In this document: positions 9,434 to 19,981 of the stretch, piece by piece
Layout of the letters: every line of letters begins with the position of its first letter
Numbering within the stretch: position 1 is the first letter of the stretch
NCBI GenBank assembly: GCA_963849055.1
Contig: CAWKFI010000004.1
Span: forward strand, 848,224-912,223
Source of the DNA: an uncultured Actinomycetota bacterium
Lineage (GTDB): Bacteria; Actinomycetota; Actinomycetes; Mycobacteriales; Mycobacteriaceae
Direction of reading: 5' to 3'
DNA length: 64,000 nt
The notes under the pieces: model-generated
Database searches by the model: none
Told to the model about the DNA's origin: nothing
What the model saw: the letters and a program-made list of their open reading frames with translations, nothing else
Program-made: the position numbers and the translations under genes

Positions 9434-10592
9434 ATGGCCACCGTCGGCGATGTCTTCACCCTGATCAGGGCACGTCGGGACACCACGCGCACGGAGATCG
9501 CCCAGCTCACCGGCCTGTCCCGCACCGCGGTCGCCGCACGGATCTCGGTGCTGACGGCGTCGGGCCTCGTCATCGAACGGGAGCAGGCGCCGTCGACCGG
9601 CGGCCGTCCCGCGACGCTGCTGTCGTTCGACGCCGATGCGGGCGTGGTGCTGACGGTGGCCGTGGGCATCAGCCGCACCCGGCTGGCGGTGTGCAACCTC
9701 GCCGGCGAGGTGTTGTCGATGAGCGACATCGACCAGGAGGTCGCCCTCGGGCCCGACGACCTGATGCCCGACGTGGTGAAGCGCCTCGACCTGCTGCTCG
9801 ACGATCACCGCGACGTTCCGGTCTACGGCGTCGGGCTCAGCCTGCCGGGAACCGTGGACCGCGAGCGCGGGTGCAGCCGGGATTCGCCGATCCTGCGCGG
9901 CTGGGACGGCGTGCGATCTGCGGCCGTACTTCGGTGAGCTGAGCCGACTCTCGGGTGTGCCCGTGGTTCTGGACAACGACGCCAACGCGATCGCCATCGG
10001 CGAGCGGGGCCCCGGCCGTGACGACGTGCTGGTGCTGAAGGCCTCGACGGGACTGGGTGCGGGCATCATCGCCGGCGGGGTCTTGCAGCGTGGCGCCGCC
10101 CAGGCGGCGGGGGAGTTCGGCCACAACAAGACCCCTGCGGCGCAAGGGATTCCGTGCCGCTGCGGCGACACCGGTTGCCTGGAGGCCATCGCTGGCGGCT
10201 GGGCGGTGGTGCACGCCCTGCAGCAGCAGGGGCATGCCGTCCGGCACATGCGCGACGTCGTCGAACTCGCCAACGGTGGTGACGCGGAGGCGCGCCGGAT
10301 GATCCGCGACAGCGGCCGGTACGTCGGGGAGGTGGTCGCGGCGGCGGTGAACCTGCTCAACCCCGCCGTCCTCGTCGTGGCGGGCGACTTGGCGGGCGCC
10401 TTCGAGATCTTCGTCGCCGGGCTGCGGGAGACGTTGTACGGCAACGCCACTGCCCAGGCCACCCGCACCCTGGAGGTGGTGCCCGCCGCGCATGGTGACC
10501 GCGCGGCGACCGTGGGCAGCGCCATGATGGTGCTCGACGAGGTGCTCGGGCCGCGCGCCGTCGACGCGCTCGCGGTCACACCTTCGCGATGA
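9434..10592 (+). CDS. ROK family transcriptional regulator (frameshift near 9915-9935)
   Basis: HTH plus STGGRPA; LDNDANA, GLGAG, GEFGH, CRCGDTGCLEA spread over two frames. Confidence 0.88.
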
Positions 10593-11454
10593 CGTTCTCC
10601 GCGAACCACTCCAGGTTGCGGATCTTCGTCTCGAGCGGCTCGGTGTCCTGTCCCATGATGTAGGGAATTCGGAAGCCGACGATGACGTCGGTGACGCCCT
10701 TGTCCTCCAGGCGCTTCACGCCGTCGAGCGCTGAATCCGTCGATCGAGATCACGTGGATCTGGAACTCGTCGGCCAGCCCGATGCGCTCTTCGGTCTTCC
10801 CGGTAGTGCTTCAGCTTGGCCAGCAGCGGGTCGAGTTCCTCGGGATCGCCGCCGCCGTGCATCCAGCCGTCGTTGCGCGCGGCGCGCTTGAGGGCGGCGT
10901 CGGCGTGGCCGCCGACCAGGATCGGGACGGGCTTCGTCGGTGCCGGGGTCATCTTGAACCTGGGGAAGTCGTAGAACTCGCCGTGGTACTCGAAGTAGTC
11001 GCCGGACGTGAGGCCGCGGATGACGTCGATGCACTCGTCCATCCGCTTGCCACGCTTGGCGTATGGGACGCCCATGATCTCGTAGTCCTCCGGCCACGGG
11101 CTGGTGCCGACGCCGAGGCCAAGGCGGTTGTCGAACAGTCGCGGCCAGCGAGCCTGCCTGCTTGGCGACCAGGGCGGGCGGGCGGATCGGCAGCTTCAGC
11201 ACGAAGATGTTGAAGTGCAGTTTCGTGGTGACGGCCGATAGTGCGCCGATCAACGCGAAGGACTCGATGAACGACTTGCCGTCGAGGAACTCGCGGTTGC
11301 CGTCCGCGGTGTACGGATACGTGGAGTCGGACACCTCGGGATAGGCGACGCTGTCCGGGATGGTCATCGCGTGGTACCCGGCCTCGTCGGCTGCCTTCGC
11401 CAACGGGATGTAGTACTTGGGGTCGGTCATGGCTTCCGCATAGGTGAACCGCAT
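10576..11454 (-). CDS. F420-dependent LLM-class oxidoreductase (Rv0940c-like), frameshifted
   Basis: MRFTYAEAMTDP...PDSVAYP; second frame RGKRMDECIDVIRGL...VPILVGGHADAALKRAAR; C-terminus IRNLEWFAENVIAKV stops at 10576. Confidence 0.85.
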
Positions 11455-11464
11455 GAGCCGATAC

Positions 11465-11478
11465 TAGAACGTGTTCTA
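11465..11478. promoter_or_regulatory. KstR box
   Basis: TAGAACGTGTTCTA fits TnnAACnnGTTnnA; about 10 nt upstream of the Rv0940c-like gene. Confidence 0.85.
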
Positions 11479-11506
11479 ATTTCGGCATAGCGGAACGTCG
11501 GGCATC

Positions 11507-12723
11507 ATGGGCCCGGTGCGCCGCGACGGGACTGATCGGACCTGGCTGACCCGCAACGTCCGGGTGCTCTCGGCGGTGTCGTTCATGCAGGACACCGCCA
11601 GTGAGCTGCTCTATCCGCTATTGCCGATCTACCTGACCGCCGTGCTTGGCGCGCCGCCCGCGGTGGTGGGTGCGATCGAGGGCGCCGCCGAGGGCGCGGC
11701 GTCGCTGACCAAGCTGGCCTCCGGGCCGCTCGGCGACCGCTTCGCGCGCCGTCCGCTGATCGCCACCGGATACGGCATGGCCGCGCTGGGCAAGGTCATG
11801 GTGGCGGCCTTCGCGGCCTGGCCGGGGGTGCTCGCCGGCCGCGTGGTGGACCGGCTCGGCAAGGGCATGCGCGGTGCGCCGCGTGACGCGCTGCTCGTCG
11901 CCGACGTCGACGCCGCCGCCCGCGGCCGGGTGTTCGGCTTCCATCGCGCGATGGACACCCTCGGCGCGGTGGTGGGACCGCTGCTGGGCCTTGCCGGCTA
12001 CGAGTTGCTCGACCATCAGATCGCGCCGCTGCTGTGGATCGCCGTGATCCCCGCGGTGCTCAGCGTCGCGTTGGTATTCCTGGTCAGGGAACCGCGGCGC
12101 ATCGTCACGGCGGTGCGGATCGGGATGTTCTCCCGCGTGCGTGACCTGCCCGGCGGCTACTGGCGGGTGACCGCGATACTGGTGGCCTTCGCCGTCGTCA
12201 ACTTCCCCGACGCGCTTCTGCTGTTGCGGCTCAACGAGATCGGCTTCTCCGTCGCCGAGGTGATCCTGGCCTACGTCACCTACAACGCGGTGTACGCGCT
12301 CGTCAGCTATCCGGCCGGCCTGCTCGCCGACCGCATCCCGCGCTCCGCGGTGTTCGGCATCGGGTTGGTGTTCTTCGCGATCGGTTACGGCGGCCTCGGG
12401 CTGACCGACGATCCGCTCACCGCGTGGCTGCTGATCGGGGCGTACGGCGTGTTCACCGGGTGCACCGACGGCGTTGGCAAGGCGTGGATCTCGTCGTGGT
12501 GGGGCCGGACGTGCAGTCCAGCGCGCAGGGCGTGTTCCAGGGCGCGACGGGGTTCGCGGTGCTGGCAGCCGGGTTGTGGGCCGGGTTCGCCTGGGGCGAC
12601 GACGGCACGGTTCCGCTGCTCGTCTCCGGAGCGGTCGGCGCGGTATTCGCGGTGGTGCTACTGGCGATGGCGGTCGGCGGTCGTCATGCGAACGGCGGAG
12701 CGCCCACCCCGGCCACGGCGTAG
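11507..12723 (+). CDS. MFS transporter (frameshift near 12497)
   Basis: SFMQDTASELLYPLLP, DRLGKGMRGAPRDALL, RGRVFGFHRAMD; C-terminal TMs continue in ORF 12424-12723. Confidence 0.85.
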
Positions 12724-13901
12724 CCGCCCTGCGGCGTGCGTTCGGCGATGCGGGCCTGCGCGGTGCGGCCGTTCACGGTGAGCGACACCGCGGGCTGCTT
12801 GAGCACGTCGTCGGGTAGCGCCGCGAAAAGCGTTCCGCGCCAGTGGTAGCGGCCGTCGATCGGGTCGAGGTGCCCGGATAGCCGCGCCCGCGCGGAGTGT
12901 TCGACGTCGCCGATTTGCAGCACCACCGGACCGTCGTACACGTCGTCGGTGCCGTCGTCGACGCTCGCTGCCTCGACGCCGTCGGACGTGGCTGCGGGCA
13001 GGAAGCGGGTCCGCCGCCAGAGACGCCGCGCAATCGGGCCCATCAACCCGACGTCGTCGAGAAAGGCGGCCAGCGGCGCGAACCCGAGCACCTGGACGTT
13101 GCGGCGGTGCGGGCTGCGGCGGGCGATGCGGCGGGCCTCGCGCGGGTCGAGTCCCACGCGGCGGTAGGGCACCGGATTGGTGAACAGGTACTGGAAGAAC
13201 ATCCCGCCGAGGCCGTTGATGTTCGCCACCCACATGCGGTTGAGCCACGGCATCTCCGCCACCCGCTTGCGCGCGCCGTCGCGGGCGAACTGGATGTGTC
13301 GCGCTTCCTCGGTCACGTGAATCCGCATGAGCCGCTGCACCATCGGCTGCAATTCGGGATCATCCATCATCTTGCGCTGTAGCGAGTCGAAGATCTCCTC
13401 GCCGATGAGCGCTGCCACCCACAGCACGGATCCCTTGAACGCCAACGGCAAACCGTTGATGATCATCCGCTGGTAGAGCCGCGGCCGTACCGGTTTGGCG
13501 CCGACCTTCGCGATGGCCTTGCCGAACATCACCATGTGGCGGGTCTCGTCGCCCATCTCGGTCAGCGCGTAGTGGGTGGCGTTCGACGTGGGGTCGGCGT
13601 GCATCAGGTCGCGCAACAACGCCTGGTTGAGGATGTTCTCGAACCAGATGCCTGCCGACAAGGTGTTGACCAGTTCGTGGCGGGACAGGTCGATCTGTTG
13701 CTCGCGAGTCATCGCGTCCCACAACGGCGTTCCGTACAGCGACACCGACTTCGGCGGCAGGAAGAACTTGTCGGGCTCCAACGGCGCATCCCAGTCGATG
13801 TCGACGATGGGGGCGTAGGACAACTTCGCCGACCCCTTCAGCAACCGCCCGGCGAACTCTTCACGCGTGGGCGCGCTCGCTGCGTTGGCGGAAGCTGTCA
13901 T
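12684..13901 (-). CDS. AurF-like diiron N-oxygenase with C-terminal DUF4873-like domain
   Basis: GIWFE, DETRH, GEE, EEARH diiron motifs; C-terminal LSGHLDPIDGRYHWRG...GVGAPPF. Confidence 0.85.
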   Translation of the reverse strand: MTASANAASAPTREEFAGRLLKGSAKLSYAPIVDIDWDAPLEPDKFFLPPKSVSLYGTPLWDAMTREQQIDLSRHELVNTLSAGIWFENILNQALLRDLMHADPTSNATHYALTEMGDETRHMVMFGKAIAKVGAKPVRPRLYQRMIINGLPLAFKGSVLWVAALIGEEIFDSLQRKMMDDPELQPMVQRLMRIHVTEEARHIQFARDGARKRVAEMPWLNRMWVANINGLGGMFFQYLFTNPVPYRRVGLDPREARRIARRSPHRRNVQVLGFAPLAAFLDDVGLMGPIARRLWRRTRFLPAATSDGVEAASVDDGTDDVYDGPVVLQIGDVEHSARARLSGHLDPIDGRYHWRGTLFAALPDDVLKQPAVSLTVNGRTAQARIAERTPQGGYAVAGVGAPPFA

Positions 13902-13924
13902 CGTTGACGTCCCTTCATGGCCGA

Positions 13925-13979
13925 TACCCAAAGGTATGTACGGGTACCGGATGATGTCAATACCTCCGGTACCGGGTAC
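13925..13979 (-). promoter_or_regulatory. SigA-type promoter of the AurF gene with overlapping GGTAC palindromes
   Basis: Minus strand TTGACA (13955-13960)-N18-TACCTT (13931-13936); inverted arms GGTACCGGA 13943-13951 and TCCGGTACC 13965-13973 flank the -35. Confidence 0.55.
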
Positions 13980-14024
13980 TTGCCGCGGCCGGACGCCGGC
14001 GTGTGGTCGGGCATACTCGCCTGC

Positions 14025-14762
14025 GTGACTCGTCGGATCCACGTCATCGGAATCGGGGCCGGTGACCCGGACTACGTGACCGCACAGGCGGTCGCCGCGC
14101 TCAACGACACGCAGGTGTTCTTCGCGATGGATAAAGGAGACACGAAGGACGATCTGGTGGCGCTGCGGCGCGAGGTATGCGACCGGTTCATCCGCGAGCC
14201 CGGCTACCGCTTCGTCGAGCTGCCCGACCCGCCGCGCGCCAAGGATGGCGACTACCTGCAGGCGGTGACCGACTGGCACGCCGCCCGCGCTGACGTGTGG
14301 GCGCGGGCGCTGCGCGACGAACTGCCCGACGGTGGGGTCGGCGCATTCCTCGCCTGGGGCGACCCGTCGCTGTACGACAGCACGCTGCGCATCCTCGAGC
14401 TCGTCGCGCAGCGCATCGATCTGGACCACGACGTCATCCCCGGCATCACGGCGATTCAGGCGCTCACCGCGCGACACCGGATCCCGCTCAACGACGTCGG
14501 CGAACCCGTGCTGATCACTACCGGCAGGCGCCTGCGCGCCGAAGGACTGTCCGGTGCCGCCGTGGTGATGCTCGACGGCGATTGCGCGTTCCTCGGCTGC
14601 CCGCCGGAAACCAGGATCTGGTGGGGCGCCTACCTCGGTACGCCGAACGAGTTGCTGGTCGCCGGGACCGTCGGCGAGGCGGGCGAGCGGATCGCCGCGA
14701 TGCGTGCCGACGCCCGTCAGCGACACGGCTGGATCATGGACACGTACCTGCTGCGAGCCTGA
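14025..14762 (+). CDS. cobF: Precorrin-6A synthase (deacetylating)
   Basis: RIHVIGIGAGDP, FLAWGDPSLYDST, IPGIT, TTGRRL, WWGAYLG, HGWIMDTYLLR. Confidence 0.92.
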   Translation: MTRRIHVIGIGAGDPDYVTAQAVAALNDTQVFFAMDKGDTKDDLVALRREVCDRFIREPGYRFVELPDPPRAKDGDYLQAVTDWHAARADVWARALRDELPDGGVGAFLAWGDPSLYDSTLRILELVAQRIDLDHDVIPGITAIQALTARHRIPLNDVGEPVLITTGRRLRAEGLSGAAVVMLDGDCAFLGCPPETRIWWGAYLGTPNELLVAGTVGEAGERIAAMRADARQRHGWIMDTYLLRA

Positions 14763-14796
14763 GTTCCCGCGACTTCAGCGTGGCAAGATCACCCGC

Positions 14797-15198
14797 ATGG
14801 GGCAGTTTCTCGTTCGTGCCGGGCTGACCGGATTCGCGCTGTGGGTCGTCACGCTCGTCGTGTCCGGCATCGAGTTCGTCGGCGGCGACAACACGCTGCA
14901 ACGGATCGGGATCATCGTCGTCGTGGCCGTGATCTTCGGCCTGGTCAACGCGATCATCAAGCCGATCGTGCAGATCCTGTCGATCCCGCTCTACATCCTT
15001 ACGCTCGGCCTGTTCCACATCGTCGTCAACGCGTTGATGTTGTGGATCACGTCTTGGATCACCGAGACCACCACGCACTGGGGCCTCTACATCGACGACT
15101 TCTGGTGGACGGCGATCTGGGCGTCGATCGTCCTGTCGGTCGTCAGCTGGCTGTTGTCGCTGGTGGTCCGCGACGCCACTCGGTCGCGCGCTTCCTAG
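14797..15198 (+). CDS. 4-TM phage-holin-superfamily-IV (DUF360-like) membrane protein
   Basis: GLVNAIIKPIVQILSIPLYILTLGLF..VVNALML. Confidence 0.85.
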   Translation: MGQFLVRAGLTGFALWVVTLVVSGIEFVGGDNTLQRIGIIVVVAVIFGLVNAIIKPIVQILSIPLYILTLGLFHIVVNALMLWITSWITETTTHWGLYIDDFWWTAIWASIVLSVVSWLLSLVVRDATRSRAS

Positions 15199-15232
15199 TG
15201 CGAGCGTCGGGCAAGCGCATAACCTGGAAAAC

Positions 15233-16099
15233 GTGCCCGAACTGCCCGAGGTCGAAGCGCTCGCCGACCACCTTCGCCGCCACGCCGTCGGCCTGACCGT
15301 CGGGCGGGTGGACGTCGCGGCGCTGTCGGTGCTCAAGACCTTCGACCCGCCGATCTCGGCGTTGCACGGCCAGGCCGTCACCGGCGCCAACCGGTGGGCC
15401 AAGTACCTTGGCCTGCAATGCGGGGACCTGCACCTCATCACCCACCTCTCGCGGGCCGGTTGGTTGCGCTGGTCCGACCAGCTGTCGGCTGCGCCGTTGC
15501 GGCCGGGAGGCAAGAGCCCCATCGCGTTGCGGGTGCACCTCGGAAAGCCCGGTGAGGCACCGGGTTTCGACCTTACCGAGGCCGGCACGCAGAAACGGCT
15601 GGCGGTGTGGCTGGTCGACGATCCAATGAAGGTTCCGCAGATCGCCGCGCTCGGCCCGGATGCCCTGTCGCTCGGCCCCGACGACCTCGCGGCGGCGCTC
15701 AAGGGCAACAGCGCCAGGATCAAGAACGTGATCACCGACCAGAAGGTGATCGCCGGTATCGGCAACGCCTACAGCGACGAGATCTTGCACGTCGCGAAGC
15801 TCTCGCCGTTCGCCACCGCGGGCAAGCTCACCGATGCCCAGCTCGCCGCCCTGCACGACGCGATGATCACGGTGCTCACCGATGCCGTCACGCGGTCTGT
15901 CGGCCAGGGCGCGGCGATGCTGAAGGGCGAGAAGCGTTCGGGTCTGCGGGTGCACGCCCGCACCGGGCTGCCATGCCCCGTGTGCGGCGACACCGTGCGC
16001 GAAGTGTCCTTCGCCGACAAGTCGTTTCAGTACTGCCCGACGTGCCAGACGGGCGGCAAGGTGCTGGCCGACCGGCGAATGTCCAAGCTACTCAAGTGA
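15233..16099 (+). CDS. Fpg/Nei family DNA glycosylase (Rv0944/MutM2-like)
   Basis: MPELPEVE, LGPDAL, DQKVIAGIGNAYSDEIL, CPVC..YCPTCQ zinc finger. Confidence 0.93.
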   Translation: MPELPEVEALADHLRRHAVGLTVGRVDVAALSVLKTFDPPISALHGQAVTGANRWAKYLGLQCGDLHLITHLSRAGWLRWSDQLSAAPLRPGGKSPIALRVHLGKPGEAPGFDLTEAGTQKRLAVWLVDDPMKVPQIAALGPDALSLGPDDLAAALKGNSARIKNVITDQKVIAGIGNAYSDEILHVAKLSPFATAGKLTDAQLAALHDAMITVLTDAVTRSVGQGAAMLKGEKRSGLRVHARTGLPCPVCGDTVREVSFADKSFQYCPTCQTGGKVLADRRMSKLLK

Positions 16100-16134
16100 T
16101 CTGACGGCACCATCGGGGAGGCGGCGCGCGTCGA

Positions 16135-16695
16135 CTAACCGCAGTACGAGTGGGTGGCGAACGTCAGCGCCTGGTCGTACAGCGGGTCGAGCTGGCGGTC
16201 GGTGACGACGGCGGTGCGGGCGTCGTTCACGGCCTGGACGCATCCCGGGCCGCGCAGCACGTCCCAGTGCTCCGCCATCTCGTCGACGATGGAACGGTTG
16301 AAACCATCGATTGCCGAGCGTGATTCGGACAGGTCCGGGGCGGTCGTCGGCGCGAGGGCCGGGTCGAGCTTCCACTGGCCGAAGCGGGTGTACTCGATGC
16401 CCTCGGTGGCGTGGATCTGGTCGTTGAACGCCGCACGGACGAATGCCTCGTCGATGCCGTGCCTCGCCGCGTCGGCGCCGACCGCGTCCAGCACCTGCTT
16501 GACGCGCGCCGCGTCCTCGATGGATCCGCCGTCGACCCACTTGAACGCCGCGACCGGGTCCGCGGTCTGCAGGCGGTGTGCGGCCGCATTCACCAGCCCG
16601 TACAGCGGGTTCAAATAATCGGCCTGAGCGGCGGGTGTCACACCGATCAGGCCACTGAGCACGATTCCGACCACGAGTAGCACGCGACGCCTCAC
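16135..16695 (-). CDS. Secreted chorismate mutase (AroQ-gamma, Rv1885c-like)
   Basis: Signal peptide (AQA), RLQTADPVAAFKW...IED..R, DQIHATEGIEY, DLSESRSAID, two Cys. Confidence 0.85.
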   Translation of the reverse strand: MRRRVLLVVGIVLSGLIGVTPAAQADYLNPLYGLVNAAAHRLQTADPVAAFKWVDGGSIEDAARVKQVLDAVGADAARHGIDEAFVRAAFNDQIHATEGIEYTRFGQWKLDPALAPTTAPDLSESRSAIDGFNRSIVDEMAEHWDVLRGPGCVQAVNDARTAVVTDRQLDPLYDQALTFATHSYCG

Positions 16696-16732
16696 GGTGA
16701 ACCATCATCGCCCAACTGGTTAGTCTGTCCAC

Positions 16733-17482
16733 GTGACTCGCCAGAAGATCCTGATCACCGGGGCCAGCTCGGGCCTCGGCGCCGGCATGGCCCGCCAGTT
16801 CGCCGCCAAGGGCCGTGACCTCGCGCTCTGCGCGCGTCGCACCGACAACCTCGAGGAACTGAAGGCCGAGCTGACTGGCAGGCATCCGAACATCACGGTC
16901 GCGATTGCCGCTCTCGACGTCAACGACCACGAAGCCGTGCCGAAGGTGTTCGGCGAGCTGAGCGACGAGCTGGGCGGCATCGACTGCGTCATCGTCAACG
17001 CCGGCATCGGCAAGGGCTACCCGCTGGGCGGCGGCAAGCCCTGGGCCAACAAGGCCACCATCGAGACCAACCTGGTGTCGGCGCTGGTGCAGATCGAGAC
17101 CGCGCTGGAGATGTTCAAGAAGACCGGCGCAGGCCACCTCGTCCTGGTCTCGTCGGTGCTCGGCAACAAGGGCGTGCCCGGCATCAAGGCCGCCTACGCC
17201 GCCAGCAAGGCCGGCGTCACGTCGCTCGGCGAGTCGCTTCGTGCCGAGTATCCGTCCGGTCCGATCAAGATCACGGTGCTCGAGCCCGGCTACATCGAGT
17301 CGGAGATGACGGCGAAGTCGGGCACCACGATGCTCATGGTCGACAACGAGACCGGCGTCAAGGCGATGGTCGACGCCATCGAGAAGGAGAAGGGCCGCGC
17401 CGTCGTCCCGGCGTGGCCGTGGTGGCCGCTGGTCGAGCTCATCAAGGTGCTGCCACCGCGGTTCACCAAGCGCTTCGCCTAA
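16733..17482 (+). CDS. Short-chain dehydrogenase/reductase (Rv0945-like)
   Basis: ITGASSGLG, NAG, YAASK. Confidence 0.92.
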   Translation: MTRQKILITGASSGLGAGMARQFAAKGRDLALCARRTDNLEELKAELTGRHPNITVAIAALDVNDHEAVPKVFGELSDELGGIDCVIVNAGIGKGYPLGGGKPWANKATIETNLVSALVQIETALEMFKKTGAGHLVLVSSVLGNKGVPGIKAAYAASKAGVTSLGESLRAEYPSGPIKITVLEPGYIESEMTAKSGTTMLMVDNETGVKAMVDAIEKEKGRAVVPAWPWWPLVELIKVLPPRFTKRFA

Positions 17483-17492
17483 ATCTCCTCCA

Positions 17493-17542
17493 CGATTCGT
17501 GAGCGTTTTCGCTCGCTGAGCGACGGTTTCCGCGCCCAAACC
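17493..17542. repeat. REP-like imperfect palindromic repeat, copy 1
   Basis: cgattcgtgagcgttttcgctcgctgagcgacggtttccgcgcccaaacc; similar to 25537-25590 and 61448-61500. Confidence 0.7.
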
Positions 17543-17575
17543 ACGGGGCGTGCGATCTTTTCGTTTGCATTAAGT

Positions 17576-17597
17576 CTTCGGGCTTTCTAGCCCGAAG
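17576..17597. terminator. Hairpin (terminator or operator)
   Basis: CTTCGGGCT-ttct-AGCCCGAAG, followed by tctt. Confidence 0.5.
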
Positions 17598-17652
17598 TCT
17601 TGCGCCGTGTTGTCTGCGGCCATAGCTTTAGCCTCAGTAAGCGATCTGTTAA

Positions 17653-18324
17653 GTGCGTCTTAACGAAACGAGGCACGTGTTTTCTGAACCCACGATCGCC
17701 GTGACCGACGACCTCGACGGAGCGGCTCGTGCCACGCTCGGAAGTCGGCTGCGGGAGGCCCGCGAACGCCTCCGGCTGTCAACGCGGGACGTCGCGGCCC
17801 GGGCAGGGGTCAGTGCGGGTTTCATCAGCCAGCTGGAGAACGGCAAGTGCGGAGTCTCGGTTGGCGTGCTCAAGCGCATCTCTGCGGCCGTGAGCATCTC
17901 GGTCGCCGACCTGCTCGCCGACGAAGCACCCGTCTCGCGGCCCGTGCTTCGGGCACACGAACGGCCAATCTTCTCCAGCGACAGCGGACTTCAGAAACTA
18001 CTGCTGTCACGGCCGCCGATCCACCAACTCGAAGTGTACGAAGGCTCGTTCGACGTGGGCGGCTCGACCGGCCCCGAGGCGTACGCGCACGACAACGCGC
18101 AGGAGCTGTTCTACGTGCTCACCGGCCACATCGAAATCACGATCGCCTCCGAGACCTTCATCCTCGGACCCCGCGACAGCGTCGAGTACCTGTCGTCGAT
18201 TCCCCACCGGGCCGTGAACATCGGCGCTACCCCGGCCCAGGCCATGTGGATCACGTCGCACTTCACTCCGCCGATCGACACCAATCCGCTCAATCCGTCT
18301 GCCGCACACCCGATTAAGGAATGA
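17653..18324 (+). CDS. XRE-HTH/cupin transcriptional regulator (PuuR-like)
   Basis: LGSRLREAR...VSAGFISQLENG HTH; cupin H...ELFYVLTG...DSVEY.S.IPH; start uncertain. Confidence 0.88.
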   Translation: MRLNETRHVFSEPTIAVTDDLDGAARATLGSRLREARERLRLSTRDVAARAGVSAGFISQLENGKCGVSVGVLKRISAAVSISVADLLADEAPVSRPVLRAHERPIFSSDSGLQKLLLSRPPIHQLEVYEGSFDVGGSTGPEAYAHDNAQELFYVLTGHIEITIASETFILGPRDSVEYLSSIPHRAVNIGATPAQAMWITSHFTPPIDTNPLNPSAAHPIKE

Positions 18325-18328
18325 CACC

Positions 18329-19981
18329 ATGGCTACTCGCGACCGCCTGCTGATCACCGGGGGCCACGTCTTCACTCCTGCCGGAATCGTCGAAGAGCCC
18401 GTTCTCGTCGAGGACGGCATCATCACCGCGATCGGTGCGGATGCCCTCACCGCCTCCGACGCCGCCGAGATCGATGCGGCGGGCGGCCTTGTCTCCCCGA
18501 GCTTTCAAGACAGTCACATCCACCCGTATCACGCCGGCCTCGACATGATCGCCTGCGATTTGACCCCGTACGTCACCGCGGACGGCTACCTCAGTCGAAT
18601 CGCCGAGTACGCCGCGGCCAATCCCGAGCTGCCCTGGATCACCGGCGGGGGATGGTCGATGGACTCGTTCCCTGGCGGGCTGCCGACGGCGGCGGCGCTC
18701 GACGCCATCGTGTCCGACCGGCCTGCGTTCTTTCCCAACCGCGACGGTCACGGCGCCTGGGTCAACACCAAGGCCCTGCAGATCGGCGGCATCGACGACG
18801 GCACACCCGACCCGTTCGACGGGCGCATCGAACGCGACGCCGACGGCCACGCGATCGGGACGTTGCAGGAGGGCGCGATGGGCCTTGTCGCACAACACAT
18901 CCCGCAGCCAAGCCAGGACGACATGGACGAAGCGCTGAAGATCGCTCAGCGGCAACTGTTCGCCTGGGGAGTCACCGCGTGGCAGGACGCGATCGTCGGC
19001 GCCACCAACGACACCCCCGACCCGCTCGAGTCGTACTTGCGCAGCGTGGCATCCGGCGTGCTGAAGGCCCACGTCGTCGGGGCGCTGTGGTGGGACCGCA
19101 ACCGAGGTCTCGAGCAGATTCCCGAACTCGTCGAGAAGCGCGAGCGCGCGCTGGCCGCCGGATTCCAGGCGACCACCGTGAAGATCATGCAGGACGGCGT
19201 CGCCGAGAACTTCACGGCCGGGATGCTCGAGCCCTATCTGGATGCGTGCGGCTGCCCAGGGGAGAACATGGGCAAGAGCTTCGTCGACCCGACCACGCTC
19301 ATCGAGATCGCCACGCAGCTCGACGCACTGGGCTTCCAGCTGCACTTCCACGCCCTCGGCGACCGGGCCGTGCGCGAATCGCTCGACGCGATCGAGGCGG
19401 CCCGCAAGGTTAACGGCGACAAGGACCTTCGGCACACGCTGGCGCACATCCAGGTGGTCCACCCGGATGACGTCGCTCGGTTCGCCGAACTCGGCGTGGT
19501 CGCCAACATGCAGCCGCTCTGGGCCAGGCACGAACCTCAGATGGACGTCCTGACGATCCCGTTCCTCGGTAGCCGACGGGCCGCCTGGCAGTATCCGTTC
19601 GGATCGCTGCAGCGCGCGGGAGCGCCATTGGCCTCGGGCAGCGACTGGCCGGTGAGCACGGCAAACCCGCTGGAGATCATCCACACCAGCGTCAACCGGG
19701 CCCCCGCGGGAGCGACGGGTCCGGCCGCTCTGCCCTTCCTCGGCGAGCAGGCGCTCTCCCTCGCCGATGCACTGATCGCGCACAGCCTTGGCACGGCCTA
19801 CCTCAACCACGACGAGGAGCGTTCGGGAAGCATCGAGATCGGAAAGGCCGGCGACATCGTCATCCTCGACCGCGACATCTTCGCGGCCCCGGTAGTCGAG
19901 ATCGGTTCTGCCACAGTCGTCTACACGATCATCGGCGGCGAGATCGTCTACGACGCGACCTCGACCCTGGTATCGGCATGA
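18329..19981 (+). CDS. Amidohydrolase (YtcJ-like, Amidohydro_3)
   Basis: PSFQDSHIH, DGHGAWVNT, KIMQDG, HALGDRA, RHTLAH, GSDWPV, GSIEIGKAGD. Confidence 0.9.
   Translation: MATRDRLLITGGHVFTPAGIVEEPVLVEDGIITAIGADALTASDAAEIDAAGGLVSPSFQDSHIHPYHAGLDMIACDLTPYVTADGYLSRIAEYAAANPELPWITGGGWSMDSFPGGLPTAAALDAIVSDRPAFFPNRDGHGAWVNTKALQIGGIDDGTPDPFDGRIERDADGHAIGTLQEGAMGLVAQHIPQPSQDDMDEALKIAQRQLFAWGVTAWQDAIVGATNDTPDPLESYLRSVASGVLKAHVVGALWWDRNRGLEQIPELVEKRERALAAGFQATTVKIMQDGVAENFTAGMLEPYLDACGCPGENMGKSFVDPTTLIEIATQLDALGFQLHFHALGDRAVRESLDAIEAARKVNGDKDLRHTLAHIQVVHPDDVARFAELGVVANMQPLWARHEPQMDVLTIPFLGSRRAAWQYPFGSLQRAGAPLASGSDWPVSTANPLEIIHTSVNRAPAGATGPAALPFLGEQALSLADALIAHSLGTAYLNHDEERSGSIEIGKAGDIVILDRDIFAAPVVEIGSATVVYTIIGGEIVYDATSTLVSA

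Noticed and set aside
8117-10753. 878-aa minus-strand ORF as one fusion protein
   Set aside because: Only the last ~405 aa are an MFS; the rest is antisense to the ROK gene.
12684-14726. 680-aa ORF
   Set aside because: The first 275 aa are antisense to cobF; the real start is at 13901.
14797-15198. Holin as evidence of a prophage
   Set aside because: This 4-TM family is common in bacterial chromosomes, and no phage genes are nearby.
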